From positions 1 through 64,000 of the forward strand of contig RBZT01000673.1 in NCBI GenBank assembly GCA_003693705.1: a DNA stretch of 64,000 nucleotides, written 5' to 3'. Below are positions 40,126 through 51,598 of this stretch, one piece after another; position 1 is the stretch's first letter, and every line of letters begins with the position of its first letter. A model generated the notes under the pieces. That model did not search any database. It had not been told where the DNA came from and saw only the letters and a program-made list of their open reading frames with translations. A program made the translations under genes and the position numbers. This DNA comes from Polymyxa betae A26-41 (Eukaryota; Protista; Endomyxa: Phytomyxea).

Positions 40126-41841
40126 ATGTCCATTCCAGGATTCAATGCAGAAGCGGAAGCCATTCGAATCCGGCGCGCTCTGCATCGCATCCCAGAGCTC
40201 GGCTTTAACGAACATAAGACTAGTGATTTTATCGCTCGATATCTGGTGGACGAAGCTGGGTTCAATGCAGATGATGTCGTCAGCGGTGTCGCTGGCACCG
40301 GTGTGGTCGCCCTGATTCGCTCAGAAGTGAATCCAGAACGGAAATGTGTAGCAATTCGTGCTGATATGGATGGTCTTCCAATACAAGAGCAATCCAATCT
40401 TGACTATAAATCTGTTCATGAAGGCGTCATGCACGGTATGAGATATCAAAAGCTTTATTGTCCATTATCCCTTTTATAACAGTCCACCCTTTCTATCTCT
40501 TGAAATTTCCTCAGTTTCGATGCTTTTGCTGCGATTAGATTATTTTAGTGGCTTTCGTTGCCTTTGGTTTCCTAATGGCGGTTTGTATGCTGTTTTCTCG
40601 CTTTGCTGTAACTTAGTATACCGTGTTTGTTGTTATTGAGGCTTTAGAACATCTATGGTTTCCGATCGGTTGCGTCGTATTGCTAAGTTTGAATCTATTT
40701 GACTGTTGCCTGCTCTGTTAAGCTTGTGGTCACGATGCCCACATGGCGATGCTGCTGGTTGCTGCCCGAATGCTGAATGCCTCGAGAGACTCCTTCTTCG
40801 GTACAGTAAAGCTTCTATTTCAGCCAGCCGAAGAATCTCCCGGCGGTGCCAAACCAATGATTGATGCCGGCGTGCTTGAAAATCCTCATGTCGATTTCGT
40901 GTTTGGTGCCCATGTGTATGGTGTATTGACAGATCTGTATCTTGGTTCAGGAGTTTACAGGTGGAATTATGTCAAACCGGGAGAGATTCAAGTCTGCCTT
41001 GGACCATTGATGGCATCATCTGACAAGTTCAAAATCAATTTGAGCGGGCGTGGTGGTCATGGCGCCCAGCCCGAAGCCACAACCGATTGTGTCGTGGCGA
41101 CAGCGGCTCTGGTTCTCCAGCTGCACTCGATTGTGTCACGAAACGTATCGCCAACAGATTCGGCTGTTTTGTCGATCGGGACGGTCCATGCTGGATACAG
41201 CTATAACGTCATCGCTGATGGCTCGGTAATTGCTCTGTTTTCTTTTCCGATTGTTATCATTTCCTTGATCCAAGATGTTTTCAGCTCACTGCACCCTTTC
41301 GTTTTACAATCAGAATCTTGTCATTCATTTTTATGTATTTCCTGCAGCAAGCTTACTCGATGTAGGACTTAACGGGAACTGTGCGGTCCTTTAAAAAAGA
41401 CGTCCGCGAAACGATTATCAATCGAATGCATCGTATCTGCAACGGCATCGGACAATCTTTCGAGATCGACGTCAAGATCGATTATCAGTCTGGATATCCA
41501 GCAACTATTAACAACCATGAACAATCTGTGGAGATTGTGAGGCGATGTTGCACCAAGGTAGCTTAGCTGCAAATGTTTGCTTTCGAGTTCGTTGTTGAGC
41601 TGATACGTTTTTCTAGGTCATTGGTACCGAGGGTATCAAAGAGGCAATGCCGGTAATGGGGTCTGAAGATTTCTCCTATTTCCTGCAGTCACGTCCTGGC
41701 TGTTTCTTCTTCATCGGCTCAGCACCGAATGGAGGCAAGGAAATGGTTCCACACCATAAATCGTGCTTCGACATTGATGAATCCTGTCTGATTCTTGGCG
41801 TTTCCATCTGGATTGAATTGGCTCGAAACGTTTTGTCGTAA
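40126..41841 (+). CDS. M20D amidohydrolase (Acy1/ILR1/HipO-like), copy 2, 5 exons
   Basis: Same motifs and same four intron positions as copy 1, with FQPAEESPG, MGSEDFS and HHKSCF. Confidence 0.93.
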
Positions 41842-42234
41842 GCCGGTAGCGCAATTAGCTTTCTGGTCAAGAATATTAAAACTAACTTTACTTCTATAAC
41901 TTTCCAGATGATTTCAAAGTAGCGCTTATCGCTGAAACAGAGGTTCGGTCTACGGCTTTACAGATAAAACAGGCGTTTCTGGACATGGGCATCACATCTA
42001 TACTCATTCGATATCATAGCATCGTACAGTATAGATATTTGAAAATAAATATTTGAAAATATTCCCAGCGCAAGAGCATGGTCTCGCTTAAATTATCTGA
42101 TTTCTGCCTGCGCCTTCGAAACTGTTACCAATTTGCCTGTCGCCAATATGTCCAAGGCTTTGGCCACGATTTTAATTTCTATGTTGATTAATGATTATAT
42201 AAAGATATGTGGAAAAATATAATGCAATTAGTCT

Positions 42235-43237
42235 TTAAAATTGTTGTTGCCTCAAAGCTGCTTTCTGAGTCACCAGTTGAATTTGATCCGAATCGGTGAT
42301 ATTGCTTGGAGACAGACCCATCTCCACACTGTCGTTGTAGACATCCATGATTGTATCAGGGAATATGGCAACAAACAATCGGTCCAGTGCCACAATACCT
42401 GCAAAGTTACAGGTTACAGAAATGATCGCGAACATATTGGCAAGGCTTACTCTGGCGAACACGAGACATGCGTTGGCGATAATCAGCATTTGCAGACTGA
42501 TCGCCTTCCGAAATCCAAATGTAGCCATTGTTGCCGAGAATAATGTCGACTTCGGCACCGGCCAGACGAACGAAATGCTGCTTGCAACGCTTAACTAAGG
42601 CCTGGCGAACGGCCACGAATATTCCCAGGTTCAGACGGCCATATTTACTCGTCCGGGTATGCAGGGCGATGGCGCCGTCGGCGTAGAAATTCTGAACCTC
42701 TGCTGATATCAAATCGCCTTCGACGAAGAACTCGCGCATTTGTAGCGAATCTAAAATGCAAACGTTCAACAAAAAATACAGAGTTGAGAATGTCCTAAAT
42801 AAACTTGCGAAACCAAACAATAACATTGTATATCGAGAAATACAATCAGATTTAACGGGCCAAATAGACAAAGCAATTTGTAAAAAATTTTTGCAACCTT
42901 CGGCCGTGCGACGACGTTGAACACCGCCAGGAAGATGGATAGAGCTGAGCATAAGGACGCCATCTTGGCGGGCATTGACATCGACCTTCCATCGTTTATC
43001 ACCAACAGCGGTGACTCGGCCAACGACAACGTCCCCGATCTCGCCGGCGTATCGCTGGTTCAGCGGTCGGACGGTCAGCAGCTTGTTGACCTGATCGACG
43101 AATCCGGCAACAGTGGCACGCAAGCGTTTATCTTGGTCATCTAGCAGCGTACCATGGCCCCAGAGGAACCCCGTCTCGGTGGTGATTACATCTCCTGGAA
43201 CAACGAATGGTCCGCTGTATAGCGATCCAGACGACAT
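42235..43237 (-). CDS. RRP4: Exosome complex component RRP4 (EXOSC2)
   Basis: VVPGDVI..GHGT, RYAGEIGDVVVGRV..RWKVD, LSSIHLPGGVQRRR, EGDLISAEVQ, LHTRTSKYG, IILGNNGYIWI. Confidence 0.96.
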
Positions 43238-44231
43238 CGAGATGGAAATGTAGCTTTCTTACGCGCGCAGTTTTCTAGTTTTCGTCAGTGTTACACTTGC
43301 GCAATGTATCAAATTTCTCGAAAAATCGTACTTACAGTCCTCATTTTCAAAATCCTTATTATCAACCAAAGTCGATGATAGCCTTCTATAGACATTTCCA
43401 TTAATATCGTTTCCGTCGATTGCAACCTAAGTACACCGGCTCCTGGGGCGATTATGTACTGGGTATGGATCTCGCGTTTTCTTCAATCGACTGGCCAAGC
43501 GGCCAATACCTCCACAAAATGCTCGGGGCGTATCCGATTCGGAAAGCAATGACACTGGGATGATCCAAAAACGAACGACTTCGTACAGACAGACTTATGA
43601 AATCAATTATCATTCAGTACTTCAACAATCGCGACAAAATCGAATCCAAAGGTATATTAGCAACGCTCTTATTAACGAGGCATTTGCTGATCGAAGCTAA
43701 ATTCAAGAAACAAACTGAAAATTCGTAATGGCGGTCGTTGCCGTCTGTTGAAAAGCAACGCCCTCATTCTGCAATTGATCTTCAGTGGCTGACTGTTATT
43801 CCAATTCGTCTTAGGCATCTTGGATTAAAACCTTGAGGCCAAGCTAACAATATCAATAAGCTATCAAGAGAAACCGTAAAGAATTTGGTCAGCATTCAAG
43901 TTCACAGGCTGTATATTCCAGGACCAGCGATGTAAAAAATATTCTTTTTCGACATCAGAAAAACCAAGAATAGCGAATGCCGTGCCAAAATTTGAGAGTA
44001 ATACTGGACACCGAAGCAACGGAACACCAGGAAATGGATGCAGAAGACGGACGGCGTCGTGCTGTGGTTACCTCGGCGAAGAATTTTCGGTGGGAATGAG
44101 GAGCCGGCACGGGTTGAGATCTGTGCCGCGGAGTTTCTAGATGACCGTTGGCGCTATTGGCAGCTCTGATTCAAAGAGGCAAATCAGCGCCCCGAACGAT
44201 CTCAGTTGATTTTGGTCGATCGCCCCAGATC

Positions 44232-47200
44232 ATGGAGCGTCTTCTGGATTTTACACAGCCGCTGGATATCGGGCAGCTGGACCAGGCTGTGGCCGAGTTC
44301 TTTTCGGGCCGTGCTAGCCCGCAGCTGCAGCAGATCTTGGTCAAGTTCCAGGACCATCCAGACTCGTGGCTCCGAGTCGATCAGATCCTAGAACGCTCCC
44401 AGAACAGCAACACCAAGATCCTGGCGTTGAACATCCTAGGTACAGCTGGCTCATCGTCGTTGTTCTCTGCCTGCTTGACTTTTATTTACGTTACCGTGTT
44501 TGTTTCACAGAAAACGTTGTGAAGTCGCGCTGGAAGGTACTTCCAGCTGAACATCGCGATGGCATCAAGAAGTATATCGTCGATCAGATTATCAAGATGT
44601 AAGCTGAGCAGAGGTTTGGGGTCCGGGGTCACTTATGGGAGGCGCCGTCCTTTAGGTCGTCGTCGACTGAGAACCTGCGCCTGCATTCGGTCTTCATCAG
44701 GAAGCTGAACTTGATCCTGGTCCAGGTTGTAAAGCGCGACTGGCCTCAGAACTGGCCCACGTTTATTCCTGACCTGGTCAATTCGTCGAAGCAAAGCGAA
44801 TCACTATGCGCCAACAATATGGAAATCCTGAAGCTGCTCAGCGAAGAGGTTCCACTAAATCTTAATTTGTTTCTCCTTATTCTCAACAAGATTTACTCAT
44901 GTTTGTCTTAGATTTTCGACTATTCGAAAGACGAAATGACGCAGGCCGATAGGAAACAAGTTCAGGTGAGTGTGCATCCATCTGATACAAACCATGCCAG
45001 CCGACACATGCGCCCTATAGACCAACCTCAATGCCGAATTCGGCCTGATCTTCCAGCTGTGTCAGTACGTGCTGGGGGCCAGTACCGATCCAGCTCTACT
45101 GAACACGTCGCTGTCCACGCTGCAGCGATTCCTCTCCTGGATTCCGATTGGTTTCATATTCGAGACCAACCTGCTTGAGCTGCTTGCTGTTAAAGTCAGT
45201 TTCCAGCCCAAACCCTAAAACCCAGTTCTAAACCTTTTCTGGTTTTAGTTCCTACGCGAGCCTGTGTTTCAAAATAAGGCTCTCTGGTGCTTGACCGAGA
45301 TCGCCAGTATGACCGGGGCCGAGCTGGCCCCTTTCGGGTCGAAATTCGTGCAGATGTTCCAGGCTGTGGTCCAGCACCTTGTCTGCATTTTGCCTCCCGA
45401 TATGAACATCGCCGAAGTCCACGCCACAGCCAATGCCAAGACCCAAGCCTTTTTCAGGCATCTGGCCAATTTCCTCACTGGATTCCTCACACATCATCTC
45501 CAGTTGCTCGAGAACTCATCACCCGATGTCGGTGAACTCATCGGTATTGCATTTCCTCTTTCACAATTTCCATTTCTTATATTTTGTTTATTGAGCTTCA
45601 CATTCATTCGAACCGGCCGCTGTTCGTCGTTCTGATTTTGAATCTTTGCTTCCTCTCTATGGTATTTCTCGAAAACTGTTGTTTCTGCGAGGAGATTTCC
45701 ACTAATGTCATTGAACCGTTTTTTTGGAATTGATGTTACCGTGTTTTCATGTGTCTGATTTGCCGATAGTTCCGTCGTTGCGAATTCTCTTGAGGATTTC
45801 GGACATCGACGACCCCATTATCTTTAAAATCACGCTTGAGTTCTGGTTCAAGTTCATATCCGAACTTTACCTATCACGGGCCACGGGAGGCACTGGCCCA
45901 GACCCCAGCAACATCTTTATGCTCGGTAAGACTCGCCATTACCATATTTTTGCAAATTTCGTATGGGAAAACACTCTATTCTGTAATTCTATCGTTCTCA
46001 AGTCATTTTGTTTTTTTTTTCATTTAAAATCGTCTCTAAACTAAATTGGTTGGGTTGTTAGGCAGGCTGGGAGGTCGCCATGCTGCACATTTACAAAATC
46101 CAAAAATTCAACGATACGCTCCTATCCAATCCCAGCTGCGAATCGTGCTAATTAGCAAGATGCCAAAGCCCGAAGGTCAGTCGCATTGCTCAGTGTCCAA
46201 TCTTTTTGCTGATTTGTACGCTGAAGAGGTGCTTATTGTTGAGAACGAACATGGTGAGATTGTGAAGGAGACTTTGAAGGATACCGATGCCATTCAGCTT
46301 TATATGAGCATGAGGCACTGTCTTGTGTACTTGACCAATTTAGACCCCGAAGACACTCAGGTTTGTCTTTCCAGCAGCCGCTTCTGTTTGAAACAAAAAT
46401 CACGAAGTTTTTTTCTCGAAAACTTGTCCTGCTGAACTGATTTTAAAGCGTCGTTTTTATGCTACCAGATGCTTTTTTTCAATGCATCGAAATTCCGTCA
46501 GATGCTGACCTCGTTTTGGTGCAGGTGACAATGCTGACAAAGCTGTCGCGCCAGATCGATGGCTCAGAATGGTCATGGCGGAATTTGAATACGCTGTGCT
46601 GGGCAATTGGTTCGATCTCCGGAGCCATGTCCGAAGAGATGGAAAAGGATTTCCTCGTCAATGTAATCAAGGACCTTCTCGGGCTCTGCGAGCTTAAACG
46701 TGGTAAAGAGCACAAAGCCGTATGCCACCTCTCGATGGCGCCCCAATTGGTTGCTTATCCGGACTCGTTAGGTGATCGCCAGCAACATCATGTACGTTGT
46801 GGGCCAGTACCCTCGCTTCCTGCGTCAGCACTGGCGCTTCTTGAAAACTGTCGTCAAGAAACTATTCGAGTTTATGCATGAATCGTATCCTGGCGTTCAG
46901 GACATGGTCTGACTCATTCTTTTTATTTTTGATGTTCAATCGCACTGTGCCTCGCTTCTTTTGCAGGAACATTGAAATGCTGTTATTTTCAATTGTCGGA
47001 GTAATTTATATTTTCGTTTATGATGCTTTGTATTCGTCTATTGTGTAGTCAATCTGTCCTTTTTAGTGATGTTTTTTGCCTTTTCCATCTGTGGCTGATG
47101 TCGGGACATAGGCTGTCGACACATTCCTGAAGATCTCCAAACGATGCAGGAAGAAGTTTGTTGTGACGCAACGTCAGGAAGCTGTACCATTTGTCGAAGA

Positions 47201-49390
47201 AATTCTACAGGTACAATTATTATTTCTTCATTTAATCATCGTGTTCCTACATACAGATGTTCCTACATACAGAACCTTTGTCTGGTTGTATGATTGACTG
47301 GATTTGTAGGAATTGCCGGAAATTATCAAAGATCTGGCACCAGCCCAGATTCAGTGCTTTTACGAGGCGATGGGTTTCATAATCGGATCCGAGACTGATG
47401 CCGAAGTTCGCCAGCGCTTGGTCTTTGCCCTCATGAATATGCCAAACCAATCTTGGACGGCGATCGTGGCGCAAGCCGCTAACCAGCTCGAATCTCTCTG
47501 GGACTCGAAGACCGTAGCCAGTGTTAAGACCATTCTTCGAACTAATGCTTGTGTGGCTAGATCGCTTGGTCCGGGTTCGTGCCTTCTCAAATTTTTTACT
47601 TCTCGTTTGCCCATTCTCGGTTCTTTTCATTGTTTACATCTGCTCTTGCGCCTCCATTTTTTGCTGTTTCAAATCATATTTTGATGCAGCATGTTTTTAA
47701 CGATGCGTTTTTGCTCTCGATATTGCTGTTTGATCTGGGTTTTCTGTTTTCTCCATTATTTCTTATCGTAACCCTCACTTTATTGTCAATTGTCTTTTCT
47801 TTTGCCATATATTTTTCTTCTTCTGTTCTCCTTTCCTGTTGCTGACATTGCATGGCGCTACAGGCTATTTGGTCCAGTTCGGTCGCATCTATCTGGAGAT
47901 GCTCAACATCTACCGCGCCTATAGCGAGTTCATCTCTTCATCGATTACCAAGAACCCAATGGAGCTGCATTCCGCTTTGATTCGTCAGATGCGGGCCGTA
48001 AAATCCGAAGTTCTCAAGCTGATCGAAGCCTTCATCGAATCAGCCCAGCCCGCCGATTACGACGTAATCGTAGGCAATTTCCTTCCGGCTCTGCTCGAAC
48101 CCGTCCTTGACGATTATTCTCGAGCGGTCCCTGACGCTCGCGATTATAATGTCCTCTCGTTATTTGCCGTCATCGTCGAGAAACTTGGCCATAAGATTAC
48201 TGAAGCTGTGCGTATTTCGAATTCAAAGCCATTTGTTTTTGAGCGTTGTTTTTCTTTTCTTGACTATGCCATTTAAGTTTTTGAATTTACTGCCCTTGCT
48301 TGGAGGATTGGAGTCTTTGGGTTTACTTATTTGAGGGTCGCCAGGTGCCCCGTATATTGGATTCATTGTTCCAGCCGACCGTCGACATGATTACGGGCAA
48401 CTTTGAGGATTATCCCGACCACCGCATCCACTTCTTTGCTCTGCTACGCGCCGTCAATCTGACCTGTTTCAAGGCCTTCTTCCTGATCTCTGCTGATAAA
48501 TTCCAGCTCGTCATGCACTCCATCTCCTGGTCCTTTAAACATCTCGGTAAAACAATTTTTTATTGTCTTCTCTCTGGGTTTTTAGTAAGATTATCCTGTC
48601 TGTTCTTTGTTGCATTTGGTGGTTTTTAATCTCTCTGCCTCTTATGTAAATTTATGCGATTTTGTGACAGAACGGAATGTTGCCGAAACTGGTTTGAATA
48701 TCCTGTACGAACTGCTGAACAATGTGGAGAAATCGGAGCTCGCCAACGACTTCTATTGCGCCTATCTGCTACCCATCCTTCAGGACGTATTCGCCGTCCT
48801 TACTGATACCTTCCACAAACCCGGCTTCAAGATGCACGCCCAGGTCCGTACCCGCCCGTCGCATTCGTGCGCCCAATCCCTCGCTCAGACTTTTACGCTG
48901 TCAGATTCTGGCGAAGCTTTTCGGTGTCGTGGAAAGCGGCCGTGTGACGGTTCCTTTGTGGAATCAGGCGGCGAACGCGTCGCAATGGTCAAACAACCAG
49001 CAGTTTATTCGGGCTTTCGTCGAAGATCTGCTACGCAGCGCCTTCCCCCAAGTGACCCCTCAGCAGATCGTCCTGTTCGTGCAGGGTTTGTTCCAGCTCC
49101 ATCACGACATTGCTCGATTCCAGTCGCATCTGCGCGATTTCCTTATTCAGCTGAAAGAGTTCTCGCAAGGTAACTCCATCGATGAGCTCGAACGTTTGTG
49201 TCTCATAATAACTCATGTGCCTTTAGCGGATAACGCCGATCTGTTCTATGAAGAGCAGGAGAAGCAGAAGATTGCGAACAAAGCTCGGGAAGATGCGTTG
49301 AAGAGTATTCCTGGAATGGATTACGTGCCACCATCCATGGAATCGCAAAATGGGACCGGATCGATGGCCGAATCGCGATCCATGGACTAA
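44232..49390 (+). CDS. XPO1: Exportin-1 (CRM1)
   Basis: [99 protein letters not shown]. Confidence 0.98.
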
Positions 49391-49722
49391 TGAATGTTGA
49401 AATCGCCTAATTATATCTTGTTAAGCCGATATCTTTGCCGAGAATATTTCACTGGCTATTTTCATACCTGACTATCTGAATAAATCAAGGTTTTTATTGT
49501 ATCAACATATTGTTGCGCCTTGCCTCTACTGGGACTACTATCGGGATTCCAGTGCACTTTCTAGGACGACATTCTTGTCATATTTGCGACGAAGCTGTAA
49601 GCATTGAAGCTTTTCTATCACCCCGTGATGTCGTTATGATACAATGGATGTTTTGGTAATTTTTCTGCGTGGATTTGGAAAATTCGTCCTATTTGTGCAG
49701 TCTTATCTCGGTATCATTGATT

Positions 49723-51385
49723 ATGTCGGATCCGGGATCGTCAGGCTACAACAGCAAACATTCGCTGGCGGCACTTAAATCGGCCCAGGAACCGCCCAGC
49801 AAGAAATCCAAAATCGGATCGTCGTCGTCCGATCCGATTCTGTCGCTCTACGAAAACCTCGAAAATCTGGTCCTCATCGTCACGCTGGGTTTCCATTCCT
49901 TTATCTGATTCGATATTCAGATATATGAAGAATATTCACAGCAAGATTGGTCGAATGCCATTCTGGAGAAATTAAGACAAGAATCGGGCCGAAACGCCCC
50001 GAATCTGTTCAAAATCATAAAATCGGCACTAACTGCTCTACAAAATTCGATATTGAAAAAAGACCGAGAATGTGCCATGCTGAAAAACAAACTTCAGTCT
50101 CTGCAAACAAAGTGGCATTTGCGTCATTGCTTGTTCTATTTCCGACCTGACGACGGTTTAGACTCGCGAAGCAGCACGAAGCGTTGGAAGCGCCTGTTAA
50201 AGCGGCAGCAGCCGCCCGAGCGAATGAGGTTGCCATACAGAACGTCAAGAATGAGTCTCTTCTGCTGACGCTGGAAGGTGTCTCGTTCGTGAAGCCGTTC
50301 GGCAAGTTTGACGTTAGCCTGTACCCGTCGGCAATTGTACTCTCGTCGAAAAAAGGCGAGCAATATCATGTTCTGCTCAGCGATGTCGATAACCTGCTGC
50401 GTGTTGAGTCGCCGACCACCAAGGACGAAGTCGTCGTCCTTCCGCTGAAACATGCTCTGACGGTCGGCAAAACAGCGCACGTGGCGATCGCCATGAAGTT
50501 GAAGCCCAAGGATTCCCTGTCTGTCAGCATCCCCAAATCGTCGGGCGAATTTAAAGGCAAGACGTCTGGCGATCTTAAGGCGATGTGCCTCTCTTCTGGG
50601 AACTGCTCACAAAACATCGCTTCGTTGTTCGGTCTGCTCTCCGAACAACCCATCGATATGTAAACTGGCAGTGAATCTGCATCCCCAAACCGTACTGAAC
50701 TCGATGTCTATCTAGGGAGAACGAAGCCGTGTTCCGAAGCCTGTCGGCGAGCAGGACATGTATTATTTGCCATTATAAGGCTTCGCATGGGATTTTGTGG
50801 CCGCTCAAAAGCGGTCTGCTGTTCGGGTTGAAACCGCTGCTCTGGCTGCCTGCCGCCCAGATCCTGAAGGTCGACTTCATTCGATCGTCTCGCTACTTCG
50901 AACTAGTCGTGGCCATGCGCGGCTCTGGCGGGCAGACATTCAATTTCGAGATGATCGAGATCGATGAGGAATCAGCCCTGTCACGATATTGCAACCTTCA
51001 GAAATTTGGGCAGCGAGGTGGGAAGACAGAAGCCCTTCATAATAAGGAGGTGCCTCCAAGCTCGAAAACGGTCTTTTAGCTACGATTTCTGTTAAATGCT
51101 TGCTGACCATCGATTTAGGAAGCTGCCGATGTTGGTGGAATGGAGTTCGGGGAATCATCCGATGATAGCGATTTTATTATGGAATCGTCATCGGCCTCAT
51201 CAATCCAGGAAGACTATAATTCGGAGGTGGAAGAGACCGATGCCGAAGATGACGCTGGATCCGGTTCAGAGGGCGATGATAGTGAGGAGGAAACCAACGA
51301 AAACAGCGGGGAAGATGACCCTGATGCGAACGAGAACGGATTGGACGGATTCGCTGTGGTCTCAGGATCTGACAGCGATTCATAA
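49723..51385 (+). CDS. Rtt106-like double-PH histone chaperone with acidic tail
   Basis: LTLEGVSFVKP..FDVSLY (PH1), CHYKASHGILWPLKSGLLFGLKPLL..FNFEMIE..E (Rtt106/SSRP1 PH2), and a D/E-rich C-terminus. No SSRP1 N-domain or HMG box. Confidence 0.72.
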
Positions 51386-51475
51386 ACTGTTTATAATATG
51401 TTGCCGATTTATATAATGTCGCTAACTATTGGCTTCACAGAGCCGATGTTCTTTGCTTTTAAAGCTTATCAGCAA

Positions 51476-51589
51476 GCTACAATGCCATAGCGAAATATTT
51501 GGCTATCGGATATGCTACAATGCCATAGCGAAATATTTGGCTATCGGATATGCTACAATGCCATAGCGAAATATTTGGCTATCGGATAT
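51476..51589. repeat. Perfect tandem repeat, 3 x 38 bp, with near-palindromic core
   Basis: GCTACAATGCCATAGCGAAATATTTGGCTATCGGATAT at 51476, 51514 and 51552. Confidence 0.95.
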
Positions 51590-51598
51590 AATATTGTT

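Noticed and set aside
45210-45220. Telomere-like AAACCCTAAA in an XPO1 intron (similar words near 1115 and 25405)
   Set aside because: These are single isolated units, expected by chance.
51476-51589. CRISPR-like array (palindromic ~38-bp repeats)
   Set aside because: The repeats are contiguous with no spacers, there are no cas genes, and the context is eukaryotic.
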